Positions 46,101-58,100 of a DNA stretch of 64,000 bases are shown here, piece by piece. Each line of letters begins with the position of its first letter. Positions within the stretch are counted from its first letter, which is position 1. The stretch comes from an uncultured virus (IMG/VR IMGVR_UViG_3300044610_000169). Lineage: Duplodnaviria > Heunggongvirae > Uroviricota > Caudoviricetes. The stretch lies in the IMG/VR virus record IMGVR_UViG_3300044610_000169; one strand, written 5' to 3'. The notes below the pieces were generated by a model that had not been told where the DNA came from, did no database searches, and saw only the letters and a list, made by a program, of their open reading frames with translations. The translations under genes and the position numbers were made by a program.

Positions 46101-49100
46101 GTGTCGTCTCGCTTGCCGAAGATATTGACGAACTTATTGACGAAGCTCTCAACCTTCTTGACCGCTCGATTCGTTGCCGTGTTGCGGACAGGCTTGCCAA
46201 CCTGCTTCTGAGTGTCGTCGATGCTCTCCTTGGCTGCGAGTTTACGTGCGAGGTCATCCTTCTCCTGTGTCTCCTTGGCGAGATCACCTTCAAGTTTAGC
46301 GATCTTGTCTGCCAATTCCCTTTGTTCTTGTAGCTGTGTTTCACTTAGCGGTTGACCAACGTTGGCGACTCGAGCCTTGAGAAGCAGATTGCCGAGCGTG
46401 TAATCTTCCGCAAGTGCGATCTTTCGCGCAACCAACGCACGACCAGCCTCAGTGCCGACCTTCTTGGTCATGTCTGTGAAGTCCTCGATTTCGTTGATCA
46501 GAGCGTCGGACTCCCGACGAGCCTGAACGATAGCAACGTCTCCCTGCTTGTCGTCGATCGCTTTGAACAATCGATTGGCAGCAGCGTCCGACAGGTTCTT
46601 GAGGTGGCGATAGTGCAAATTCAGGACAGCAACATCAACATCGTCGATGCTCCTAGAACTCTGCTGCAACTCCTTGACCAGTCGATTCGCATAAGTCGGA
46701 TCGTTTCTCATAAGTACGACCGCAGCGTCCAGCCACTCCTGAAACCCTTCGCTCGCAGGCTCAGTCAGGCTCGGCAATTTAAGCCGCTCTCTGGTGGCGT
46801 TCGCAGCAGCGTTGGCGAGGCTGGTCAGGTTGTCACCCCATTGGTCGCTTGTCACTGGGAGGTATATCGGTGGCTTGTCCTTGCCGCCGTCTCGCGACCT
46901 CGCGCCAGTACGCTGATCGGCAGGTAACTGACGCTGTACCATCTTGTCGAACAGATCGCGGACTTCGGGATCCAACGTGCCGCCAGTGATGCTCATGGCG
47001 CTCTGGTAGACCTGTTGCATCCAACGGGAGATCTTCTCGAACAGCGAGTCCAGCAGCGTGTTTGGCGACTTGCCTTCGAAGAAATACTGCTCCCACATCT
47101 TGGCAAACTTCTCTTCGGCTGGCACATCCCACTTCGTCACCCATTTGCCATCCACAAAGCTTCCAGCACCGCTCGCCTTCTCTAACGCTTCGATTTCCTC
47201 GTCCGTGATGTCGATTCGCTGATCTTGCGGAACGTCCCTGTTGAGCAGGAATCGGCGTATTACGTGAGCGTATTCATGGATCACCGTGGAGATGTCCGCC
47301 TTGCTGGTCGCACCGATCAACGCTCGGGTGCCGCTGATGAACTTCGTCCAGCCTTTGACGTTGCCGCCTTGCTGCTGGGTCTGGAATAGCGTCTGTCCGT
47401 ACTGCAATGCAGATTCACGCATCGCAGGGGTGATGTCGAAAGACTGAACGGTAATCCCTTCGCTTGTGTTTCCGAATGGAGTTTGGTTAAGTGTCCCGTC
47501 ATCATTTTCGGCTTTCGTCTGGTTGATTATAGTCGACTTGACATTTACCCCAAACTTTTTGATCAACTTATTGGTTTCGTTCGGCAGCATCTTATCGTAG
47601 AAGGCTTTCATGCCCTCGCCACCGACTTTGAGGTTGTCTCCATCAAGTGCTTTTCCAGAACCAGACGCCCATTGAAATGGAACGTCAGGTTGCTCAAGCA
47701 GTTTCTTAGCAGCCTCTTTGCCAATAAAGCCTTCCAACTTGTCGGATGTTACTCCTTTCTCGTCAATAACGGCTTTACCCATCTTCGATGCAACTAAACG
47801 TTGGTGTTTCTCACTCCATTGAATCGCGTCCACCTGCTTACTCAGGTCATACCGATCCGCCTGCTGCTCGCCGGTCGTCCATGCAATGCGATCAAATCCA
47901 TTCTCTGCTGCGTGCTGGATTGCACGCTTCATCGCAAGTATCATCCATGACTTTTTGAATGGAGCATCTGGAACACCACTTTCTCCCGTTGCGATGTTTT
48001 GTTGAAGCGTGTCACTTGTACTTCGACCGTTAATCGCTTCTCCAATAGCCTCCTCCCTTGAAGGGCGCTTGAATGGGTTCACCATCTTCCCGTTCACGTC
48101 CTCAACCCACCAGGTCTGACCGAATGAATTTTTAAGGGTGAACCCCGCTGGAAGCTTAGCGGCTGCGTCGGTGGCGTACCCCTTCTTTCGCCCCTCCTGG
48201 TGCCAGTCGCTCTGCACTTCCTCAATGAACATGACTCGCTTGCCGTCAGCGTCCATGCGTTCATTGAATCGCAGGTGCGCAAGGACATTGGGTTGATCCC
48301 AGTGCTGCGACTTGTATTCCTTAGCATTACGCGCAGCCATGAAGTCTGCTTTGTGCTGCTCGTAAGCTGCGTCATATTCAGGCGTGTTTGGATCTAACTC
48401 GCCAAGCTTCTTGAATGACTTTCGCTCTTTATCTTTTGCCGTGTCTGGCCGCGTAATCAGCAACTCTTTGTAGTTCTCGCCCCCAGGAAGTGTGTACTTC
48501 TTGAATTTAGTGTCTCTTTGCCTAACCTCCGCAAAGTTTTCCTCTAGGTTTCTTCTAATATTCTCAGTTGAGATGCTTTCCGCTTCACCTTCTTCTGGGT
48601 CGTATCCAATTTCGTCTATGTACGCATAAATCAACTGCTGGCGGTTCATGTTGGCGTAGCGATTAGGCTGGCCACCAAGCGTAACCTCCTCGATGCGAAG
48701 TCCGTTGTCGATCGCAGCAAGCACTTCATCCTTCGTCACTGTCTGCTTGCTGCCTAGCAGTTCCTCCAAGCCGCTCCAGTACAACTCCTCGTCGTTGACG
48801 CCGTTCTTGCGCAACATGCCGAGGACTTGCTCGGACGTAGCCTTTGGACCCATCTTGTCTTGGATCAGCTTGCGGGACTTCAAGTACCAACGCGGTGCCT
48901 CCTCTTGGTACAGCATGTTCGGGTTGTTCGGGTCGAACGTGCCGCGATTGCCAGTGGCGGACTTGACCTGGGTGGGGTCGAAGGCGAGGTAGTTTTTGTA
49001 GTCCTCATCCAGTTCTCCCAGCATGATAATTCCATCGTTCCCCTTAGCCTTCAATGTCTCCACTAGCGTCAACGCTGCCTGGGTTGACTCCCGCAGTTCA

Positions 49101-52100
49101 TCGGCATACTCGGCATCTTCGGGAGCAAGTTCCTCGTGTTCGTCAGCGTACTCTCTGAAGTCCACGAAGTTGTCTAGGTGCTTATCTACGTGATGCGGCT
49201 TGCTCATCCTCACATAAAACTCGTGGAGAGTTACGCCAGGGTGGAAATACTGCGCTTCGTCTTTGTTTTCCGTCATGTAAAAAAACGGAGTGCGAATGAT
49301 ATTGTCGTCTATCGTTGCTGCACCTCCGTGATACACCACCAGTGGCTTGCCGTCCTTGTCCACTACCTCGCTGTCACCGAACCACCGCACAAAATTTTGC
49401 CATGTCGGCTTGCCGTTCGAAGCCATCGCATCGCCCCACTTGTCGCGAGCGTATGACACGACGGCAGGACGGTAGTCGCTCTCGGTGAACTTGTAGTCGG
49501 CTGGCTGGTCGAAGTCCCCCTGCGTGAGCACCTCTCGGGTCTTGCGTCCAGGCACAGGCGTTCCTGCCGGCGAGAAACCCACAGCCATCTGCGGCAGTCC
49601 CGTAAGCATCGCCGCCTCAATGCCTGCCTCTACCTGCTCGGGTGTGACCTGGGGGGAACCCGCAAACGCTTCCTTGCCGAGCTGGACGTACTCGGCTGGC
49701 GTCATTGGCACGCCGAGGATGTCTTTGACGGGACGGACGCCTGTCATGCCGACCGTTTTGCCTACCATCGCAAGGTAAGCACCCATGTACCGAGTCAGCT
49801 TCTCGCCGTTTCTTTTGAGTGAATACCTCACGAAGTCGTCGAATGCTGTGATGCCAGCCTCGTTTGCTGCGATACCTAGATCCAGCGCCTTGGAGCGTAT
49901 GGTGGCATCGATGTCAGGATCGCTCTGGAACAACGACTGCGGAGGATCGGTGATCCTGTCGTCGAGTTGCATCAGCAGGTCATTGTCTTTCCTCAACGGA
50001 GGATTTATGACGTTTCTGACGGCATCTTCAATCGTATCGTAAGTAACGTCGTCGCCGAACAGCGATGGGGTTCGCTCCCCGATACCAAGCGACTCAACGA
50101 CATCTCGCATCGCATTGCGGAACTTAGTAGGCGTAAAATCAGCCAGCGCATGAACAATCCCAGCCACGGTCACGCTTCCGTGTCCTGGGACGGGAAACAT
50201 TTGTTTTTGTTCGAAGAAGTAGCTCTGGAGCGAATTTGTTTTGCGCTCTGCAATGTAGCCATCGTATGCTTCAATTGCTGCGACTAGATCGTCTAGCAAC
50301 TGCTTTCCGAACTTTTCACTTGCCAAACCCTTGGTTAGAGGTCCGATAGCAGACAGTATCTTTTGCTTGACTGCTGGTGCGACATCGCCAAGCAAACTCA
50401 CGTTTGGAATCACTCTGGCAACCAGCATATTTTCGATTGCTAGTTTCCCCTCGGCTGTCAAGTCGCCTGTGCCTGGATCGACATAAACAGCAATGTCTTT
50501 GTCAGACCAAGCTCCGTCTCTCACTATGGACTGAACAATCCTGGTGGATTGCCTTGGGTTCGCCATTACCTCTCTGAGGCTAGGCTCGGTTTCTGCGCCA
50601 AGAATAGAGGCTACCAAGTCTATCGTTTCTTCGCTCAATCGCTTGGATTGCGAAACAACAACAGTGGCTTGCGACTTGGCGGCAGCAAGAGACTCGTTCA
50701 GCAGTGAAGATATTGTGTTTTCGTCAAAAGGTTCTTCTATCACGCGAATAATGACTGGGTTGTTCAGCGCATCTAGCTGCTCTTGAGGAATTTCAAACTT
50801 AGCGCCTTCAGCTCGCATGTGCGATCGGAGAACATCCGCGTTTGGACCAGCATACGCCAACTGCATCCCCATGGACCTTGCGTTTCCGCCGAGAACTCGT
50901 CCATACAGGTCTACGATTGGCGGACCGTCTGTTGGCGACATTGTGTCGCTAGTAAGAAGATACCTTTTCTCTTTATCGACCTCTGCGATACTCCTAACCG
51001 TCTGTCTGGAGTCAGCGCCTTCTTTTGGATCCTCGTATGGCCGCTCGTTTTCAAGCGACCCTTCGTTCTTGGCGAAGTTCTTTCGAGCGTCGTGGGAAGG
51101 GATTAGGGAGTCGGCTTCGACTGCGTAGTACGTTGCTCTTCGAGTGCTTTTATCCGCTGTGATAACCGACGCGGACTTTCCTTTGACACCATATTCCGAT
51201 ATCGCTCTTCGATCTTGTCCCATTGGTCCTTGACCTGACTGCTCTCCTTCTCTTGGTTTTTCTTTTTCATCTTCTTGCTTTTCCTTGCTTACAGTAGTTT
51301 CTTCGCCCTTCCACTTCGTCACCGACACGATGTCAGTTTTGTACTCTGGGTGCCTTGATTTCGCCGCATCTGTGACGGCAAACGAAGCTTGGCTGTCCCT
51401 GTTTACTTGCGGCTTGTCATCGACTACTGGGTGAGCAATGACAACCCCACCACGAGACGAGTACGCTTCCCATTCTTGTCCTGCCGAGTCGATAAACCGA
51501 TCGCGTGGCTTGATCTCGGAAGCACCAGTATCTTTCCTTCCGATTTTTTTCTCGGTAGGAACGACCACATCCACGACCATTCCAGGGTAAAGCTTTTCAA
51601 GTGAATTGACCCACGCAAAATGTTTTGAATCTTGCGGGTTGTATTCCGATCCAACAAAGCCAGGAGAGGAAACAATCACTGCATGGGTCGGCACGCCTGT
51701 ATTTACGTTACCAACGACCACTACCGCCTGTACCGCACTGGTTTTGTTTGCAACGGTTTGCGCTCGCTTCTTGATTGCGTTAAGTCGCTTGTCGCCGCCG
51801 GTGTACTCGTATGCTTTCCCATCTGGGTTCCCTGCTACCCTTGGAGGCTTTGAATCCCCAGACACGAAGCCATCGATCATGTCACGCAATCCAACCTCAA
51901 CGGTAGAATCTGGGTCTAGTTGGTAGTAAGACCGCATATCGCTCCAGGCTTCATCGATATCCTTGCGACGTTGCTGCGACTCTGGAGACGACTCAGCGTA
52001 TGGGTCTTTTTTGTCTCTGGTTGCGGCTGGTCTGCTCACCAACTGCCACTTACCTTCGCTATGCTCGAAGATGCCGTACTCGCGACCGTCAATGCCCTTC

Positions 52101-55100
52101 ATGCCTAGAGCCATCTTTTGCTGCACTAGCTTACTTGCCAATCCAGAGTGCATTTGGTCGTAGGTTCCGTCTGCTCCACCACCAATCTGGTCTTCGGTTA
52201 CGATCGGCACGCTTTCAATGTCGTCAGAGGACACCCCAGGCTCTTCGGCGCCGATCCCCGCGAACTTCATTTTCTCAAGCAGCCTTTCGCGACTGCCTCT
52301 TTCGAATGTCTCTCCGTTGTTTAGGTTTACCAAGACTGACTGTTTACCAGATTCAGCGAGACCCCAGTTTTTATGGATAACCTCGTTGATGGTGATCTGA
52401 CTGCCATCCTTGTCCGTCACCGTATCACCAATCGTAAGCTTCTTGCCTCGCTTTGATTTTTTCGCGACAGGCTTTTTTTCCGGTGGCTGAACCAACTCAG
52501 CCTTACTGTCAACCAGATCGATCACACTTACTCGCTCGGCAGGGACTCGAATTGCCGAGTCGAAACCTTCTCGCTGCACCTCGATCGTCTCGCCCTTGTT
52601 CAGCACGCGAACGACGGTGCCAGCGTAACCCTCCTCCTTGCTTTTGGCGCTGACGTTCACTGTGGTCCCCGCCCAGCGTCCTTCATCCTCGACGGTAGCG
52701 CCAGACCACGGCGATACCGAAGTCTCAGTATCCTGGTCGTACTCGCCGGCAAACGACCGCTCCTCGAAATTCCAATCGAGAAGATCGGAAGCGCCTTTGA
52801 TTTCTTGTCCGTGTACGGAAGCCCCCATGTCTGCCATCCGACCGCCTACTCTTGCAGACAGCATCCTGTCGAACGGTATGTTGTCCGCAAACAGCCACAA
52901 GATCTCCGCCTTGCCTTTCAGCCCGTATCTTGCCGATCGTTGCGTAACCTGCACCACCTGAGTTGCAGTCCATGGGAGATTCACGTTGATTTGAGTTGTC
53001 TGGTGGTCGCCAACTTTGTCGTGCAAAGACAGCCCCGTGCCGCCCTTAGCCATGGTTGCGACGAGCAATGGCTTTTCGCCAGACCTCCATGCGTCCAGGT
53101 TCTTTTGAGCTTTGGCTGGGGTTACAGACCCAGTAAATATAGCAACATTGCCGACTCCAAAACGCTTTCTGATGACACTTTCAGCAGATGGTATTTCTAT
53201 GGTGCTTTCGCCTGTTATGCTCATGTAAGCAGCAAAAGTCTCAACGACTCCTGCTGGCGGGAGACCAAAGTCTTTTCTTTGCGGCTTTTCGTCACCCATC
53301 ATTTGCGCTGCGGAAACAGCTCGATTGTATTCATCAAGCCGCTCAATCAGGCTTGGAATGTCGATAGACCTCTTCTCCTTTGTCTCGACAAATATAATCG
53401 GGAATCTGCCACGATCGAGGGCAGCTTGCGCCTCGTCCATTGCCTGATTGACCTTAGATGCCTCAAGAAGTCGCTTTTGAAGGTTGACTATGTACGGCCT
53501 ACCGTACCCAAACAACTGCTGAGCATTCTCTGCTGCCGCTTGAGCCAAAGCGTCATACCTTGCAGCATCACTGTCCTGAACGCCGATTTTTACAAACCTA
53601 GAGTCTACTTGATTCTCAGGAAGCATGATTCTGCGACTTACCATCAACCCTCGCTTGGTCAAATACTCCTGTGATCTCCTGGCATCGGTTTCGCTAAGCG
53701 GGTTCCTCTCCCATGCGATGTACTCTTGATCTCCAATCCTCCTGATGTTTGCGCCGAACAGCAATGCAAACTGCTTAAACCCACCTAGATCCTCGAAAAC
53801 ACCAGTTGGCTCAAGGTACTCCGCTTGAACCGGATTTTCCATCGGAGTCGCACTGGCGAAAATCGTAAAACCAGCCTTCCTGATCCACTTAGCAGCCTCC
53901 TTAGCTTGCTGTGATTCGTCGATGTTTTTAATTGAGTGAGCCTCGTCGAAAATCAAAACATCGGACTGCTTTGCGCCACCACTCCGCATTGCCGGATAGG
54001 TTATAAACTCAACGTCGTCGATGCCATACGCTTTCAGGTCATTCTTTATTTGACCAATGAGCTCAGTTCTTAATGTGACGTAAGTAAACTTTTTGGCACC
54101 AGCCTTTTTCAGTTCTCTGATCGCACCACCAAGCACAAACGTTTTGCCGCTTCCTGGCTCGCTTGCCAAAAGAAACAGCCCTTTGTTTTCCTTGTAAGCG
54201 TCTACGATACTACCTACGTCCTCGATTTGCTCATCGACGACCCTCTGAGGCATCCCAATTTTCAGCCCTTGAGATATTAGGTCCTTGGTGTCTTGACCAA
54301 CAAGCCCTGCGACAACTCCAGGAGATTTTCGACTGTCGGGCCTTCCGTCAACATCTTCTCTGAGTCGCCTGAGTTCAGTATCTTTGAGGTAAGCTGGGAG
54401 CCTTCCGCCAGTTGCATCATCAGGGACAGGAAGTCCTCTAAGCTCTTCCTGTAGTTTTTCGAACCCTTCGGCGGTAAGACTCCACGCCTCGTCTCCCTTG
54501 TTCCATCTTCCGCCTGCATTTCTGATCTGGTCTTTCCATTCATAGGTTTCACCCTTTATGTAAATTCTTCCGCTCGACGCATTTGCCCTCAGCCCGAACT
54601 TAGCGAGCAACTTGGTCGCTTTTTCATCGACCAGATTGCTGACGTTCTGATTCTCTTGTTCGATCTTGGCGGCGAACTCGGGTCGCTCAAGCAAGTAGCT
54701 AACGATCTGCTTTGCTCTTGGAGTGGTGGCGTTTTCAATCAACCATGACACATACCCAGGCTCTTGCTCAATAAGATCCTTGACTGTTTTGTTTGCGTGC
54801 TTGCCGAATCCAACAGGCTGGTCGCCGATCGCGACCTTCTCGGCAGACACAAGCTGCTCTGGGTCGAGCGTGTTCTCAAGCACTTGAATGAGCTTTGGCT
54901 TTACGGCTAGAAGTTCGCTTCCAATGAACGCCACGCCCGTAGTCTCGCCCCGTGCGATCGATTCCGCCCTCTCTTTGGCTTTTGCGATCGCTTGCTCTCG
55001 GTTAGCGCCAGCATTACCAATGAACCTCCATCTAGTACCTATCTTCGCCCAAATGCCATACTGGTTGTTTGCAGCAACAGCAGCGATCTGCAAATCAGGC

Positions 55101-58100
55101 TTCCTTCCGTCAGTTATTTCTCCGAATACGACTTCTGCGGGAGTTGGCTCGGTCGGAGCCAAGAAGCTACCTCCGCCAGTTTGCTCGAGCCAACCCAAGA
55201 CCTTCGGGAGGTTTGTATCTGGAGCGGCACCAATGAAGTTTCCGTCGGCAGAATCGACTTGATATCCGTAATTCGCCCACTCCATTCTCTTCCAGGAATT
55301 TACTCGCCCCATGTGAATCTTTTTGCCGAGACGTTTTGCCTCTTTGATCAAATCAACTTGCGATCTAAGAACACCAGCCTTGCTAAGCTCTTCGTCTGTT
55401 GGACGATTAAAATCCTTGTACTGTCCCTTTGGATCAAAGCCTAGTTTCCACGGAGTGGACCCGCCAATGAAAAGCACATCAAAGTCGTCCCACGGAATCT
55501 GGCTCATGTTCTCGTCGACACCGTCTTGCGCTACATACGCCAATGGCATCCCGTATTCTTTAACTCGCTCGTAGAATTGCTTCCATCGCTCGGTGGTTCC
55601 TTGCCAGTCACCGACCTTGTCCGGAACAACGACAAACTGTACTTTGTCTTGCAGACCAGCCTCAACGATCGAGTCAAGCAACGCGAAGAACTTGTCTTCG
55701 CTGAACGGCGCAGTTCCAGTGAACTCCGAAAACGCTCCGTTGTCGATCATGATGTGGCTGTAATCACCGCCATGTTTGATGTATTGCTTCGTTGCTGGAG
55801 TAATGACCAAGCCGAGACCAGGGTTTGCCTTTGCGGCATCTCTCACTGGGTTCGAGCTATGCCCAGTAAGGAAACTTGTTGGGTGATCGCCTACCCTGTG
55901 CCTGCGATTCATCCACTTTCGATACGCAGATCCGTCTGGGTAGTGCGTCTCGCTAGGTGCAACTTCCTTGCCGCCTTCAGCCTTGCCCTTGAGCGCATCA
56001 TCAAACTTGCCACCTGGATCCCCTGTTAGATCCAAGCTATGCGCAACTCTCCACGCCGACTCGAAGTAAGGCTTGATCTCATCGAGCGCATCTGCCGCGA
56101 AGTTAGTCGACACGTTTTCCACAAACGCAGCAAACGTCAAAACTCCATCTTCTATCTCAGCAATAGCGATCTGCACTGCAATTTTCGCGAGTTTCGCATC
56201 AAGACCCGAAGGCGGCTTGTTCTTAAACTCATCCTTGAACTGCTGGTACAGATCAGCCTTCTTTTTGCGCGCAGCATCTCTGGCTTGCTCGGTAGCGGTT
56301 GGCTTCTTGTCTTTCTTTAACGATCGAGGCTTCTTTCGCTTCTTACCCTTCTTCTCGATCGGAGCGGCTTGTCTTGATCGCATCTGAGCCTCAAACTCAG
56401 CCCTCACCATGTCATCCATTGCGGCATTCTCATCGTCCACCGTGTCGGGTATTGCTATCTGCCCGTCCTCAGATTGCCATGTCGGCTCAGCTTTCAGCTT
56501 CGACTCTGTTCGCACGACACCAGACCTGGACGCCTTCGAAAGCAACTCTAGCATGCGAGCGTGCTTCGCCTCCCCGGCTTGCGTAAAGTAGAACGTTCCA
56601 GCTATCCCCTGCGAAGGCTGCTGAAGTCCGAAGTCCATCAACTCCATAAGCTCGGACTCTTCGTCGTCAGTAAGCTTTGAACGATCTAGCCCGTTGTTGT
56701 TCAGTAGTCCAGTTCCGTCTTTGTGTGTGTATCGAACAACGGTATCGCCAACTTTCGCTTTCGGCATTTCCTCTCGTTTAGGCGATTTTGCCTCACGCTC
56801 TTTGTCGTAAGCGAACAACTCGTCCCGCACTGACGCTGGAACGTCTTTGCCTTGATCGATGCCTCGACGCACGACCGATGACCAACTCTCGCCCCAACCT
56901 GCCTCTTGTGCCTCAAGGCGGCTAGCTTGCCATGGTTCTTTTTGCGATGGTGCTACTGGCTGCTCCTGCGATTGCTGGTCTTTGGAGACTCCTGCCAGCG
57001 ATTGCGCAGAAGGCTCTTTCCCTTCTGGCTGCTCCCACGGATCCTCGGCTGGCGGGGTAGTTCCCTCAAACGGATCGCCGGCAGTCGGCACCTCTGGCGT
57101 GGCAACGTTGCCGCTTGCTTGCTGATCGAAGAACTCCTTGTCGGTTAGCGGCTGGACTGGAGGTTGCTCTGCGGGTGGCGCTGAATCACTCAGTTTTTTA
57201 GCACCAGAGAAATTACTAATTTCAAAAGCGTATGCCAGTAACTCCTCGTCGCTTTTGTCCTTAGCAAACGCTGCGTTATATTTTATTTCGTTATAACCAT
57301 CGGCAAATATAGAGACCGATCCATCCGAAACCCGAAAAACAATGGCGACCCATTCGCCGTTTTCGTCAGTGACTTGGTAATCCGCCCTGGTCCTGGTTTC
57401 CCTCGGTTTCAATCGCTGCTCTTCTAGATCCCTAGCGTTTTGTTCCTCGGTTTCTTTTTTCCATTGCTCAAACGACAATTTCCTACTGGCTACTTCCGCT
57501 TCCTCTAAAACTTTAGCTTGGTCAATTGAAACTGGAGTTCCGCTTATCACTGCGTTTTGCAAGGCATCGACGCCTGAACTACCAATCCCATTGGACTCCG
57601 CAAACTTCCTGGTAAAATTCCAGCCTAAGGGCAATCCATCAGAATTAAACAGAGATTCATATTCTGCCGGAATTGGATTGCCATTGTATGTAAGCCTTTG
57701 CTGCGACCCAAGCGGAGGCTGGAGCGGTGGCTGGACGGTCGGCTGCGGAACCACTGGAGGCACTGTCGCCGTGTCATTTGGCGGTGGAGTGGAAACGTTA
57801 CCACCCCTAGCAGCCATCCTTTCAAAAAACTCCCTGTCTAAATCGGCCTGGGAAGCCTGCGGAACGAGCTCGCCATCTTCGGGGATCGGAACCTCGGCGA
57901 ACTGCTCAGGTTGCACGGCAACTTGCGGCTGTGGAGTCTGAGCCTGTTGCTGCTGGTTGATGAACTCTTGGTCCAACTGCTTCGAAGCTTCTGCTTCTTG
58001 CTGACCTAGCTGCTCGATCTCACTTTCAACGTTCGCCATGCGTTCGCGACGGCTGTTGCCTTCGATTCCAGCCGCTTTGGCGTCCGACTCCGAAACGAAG

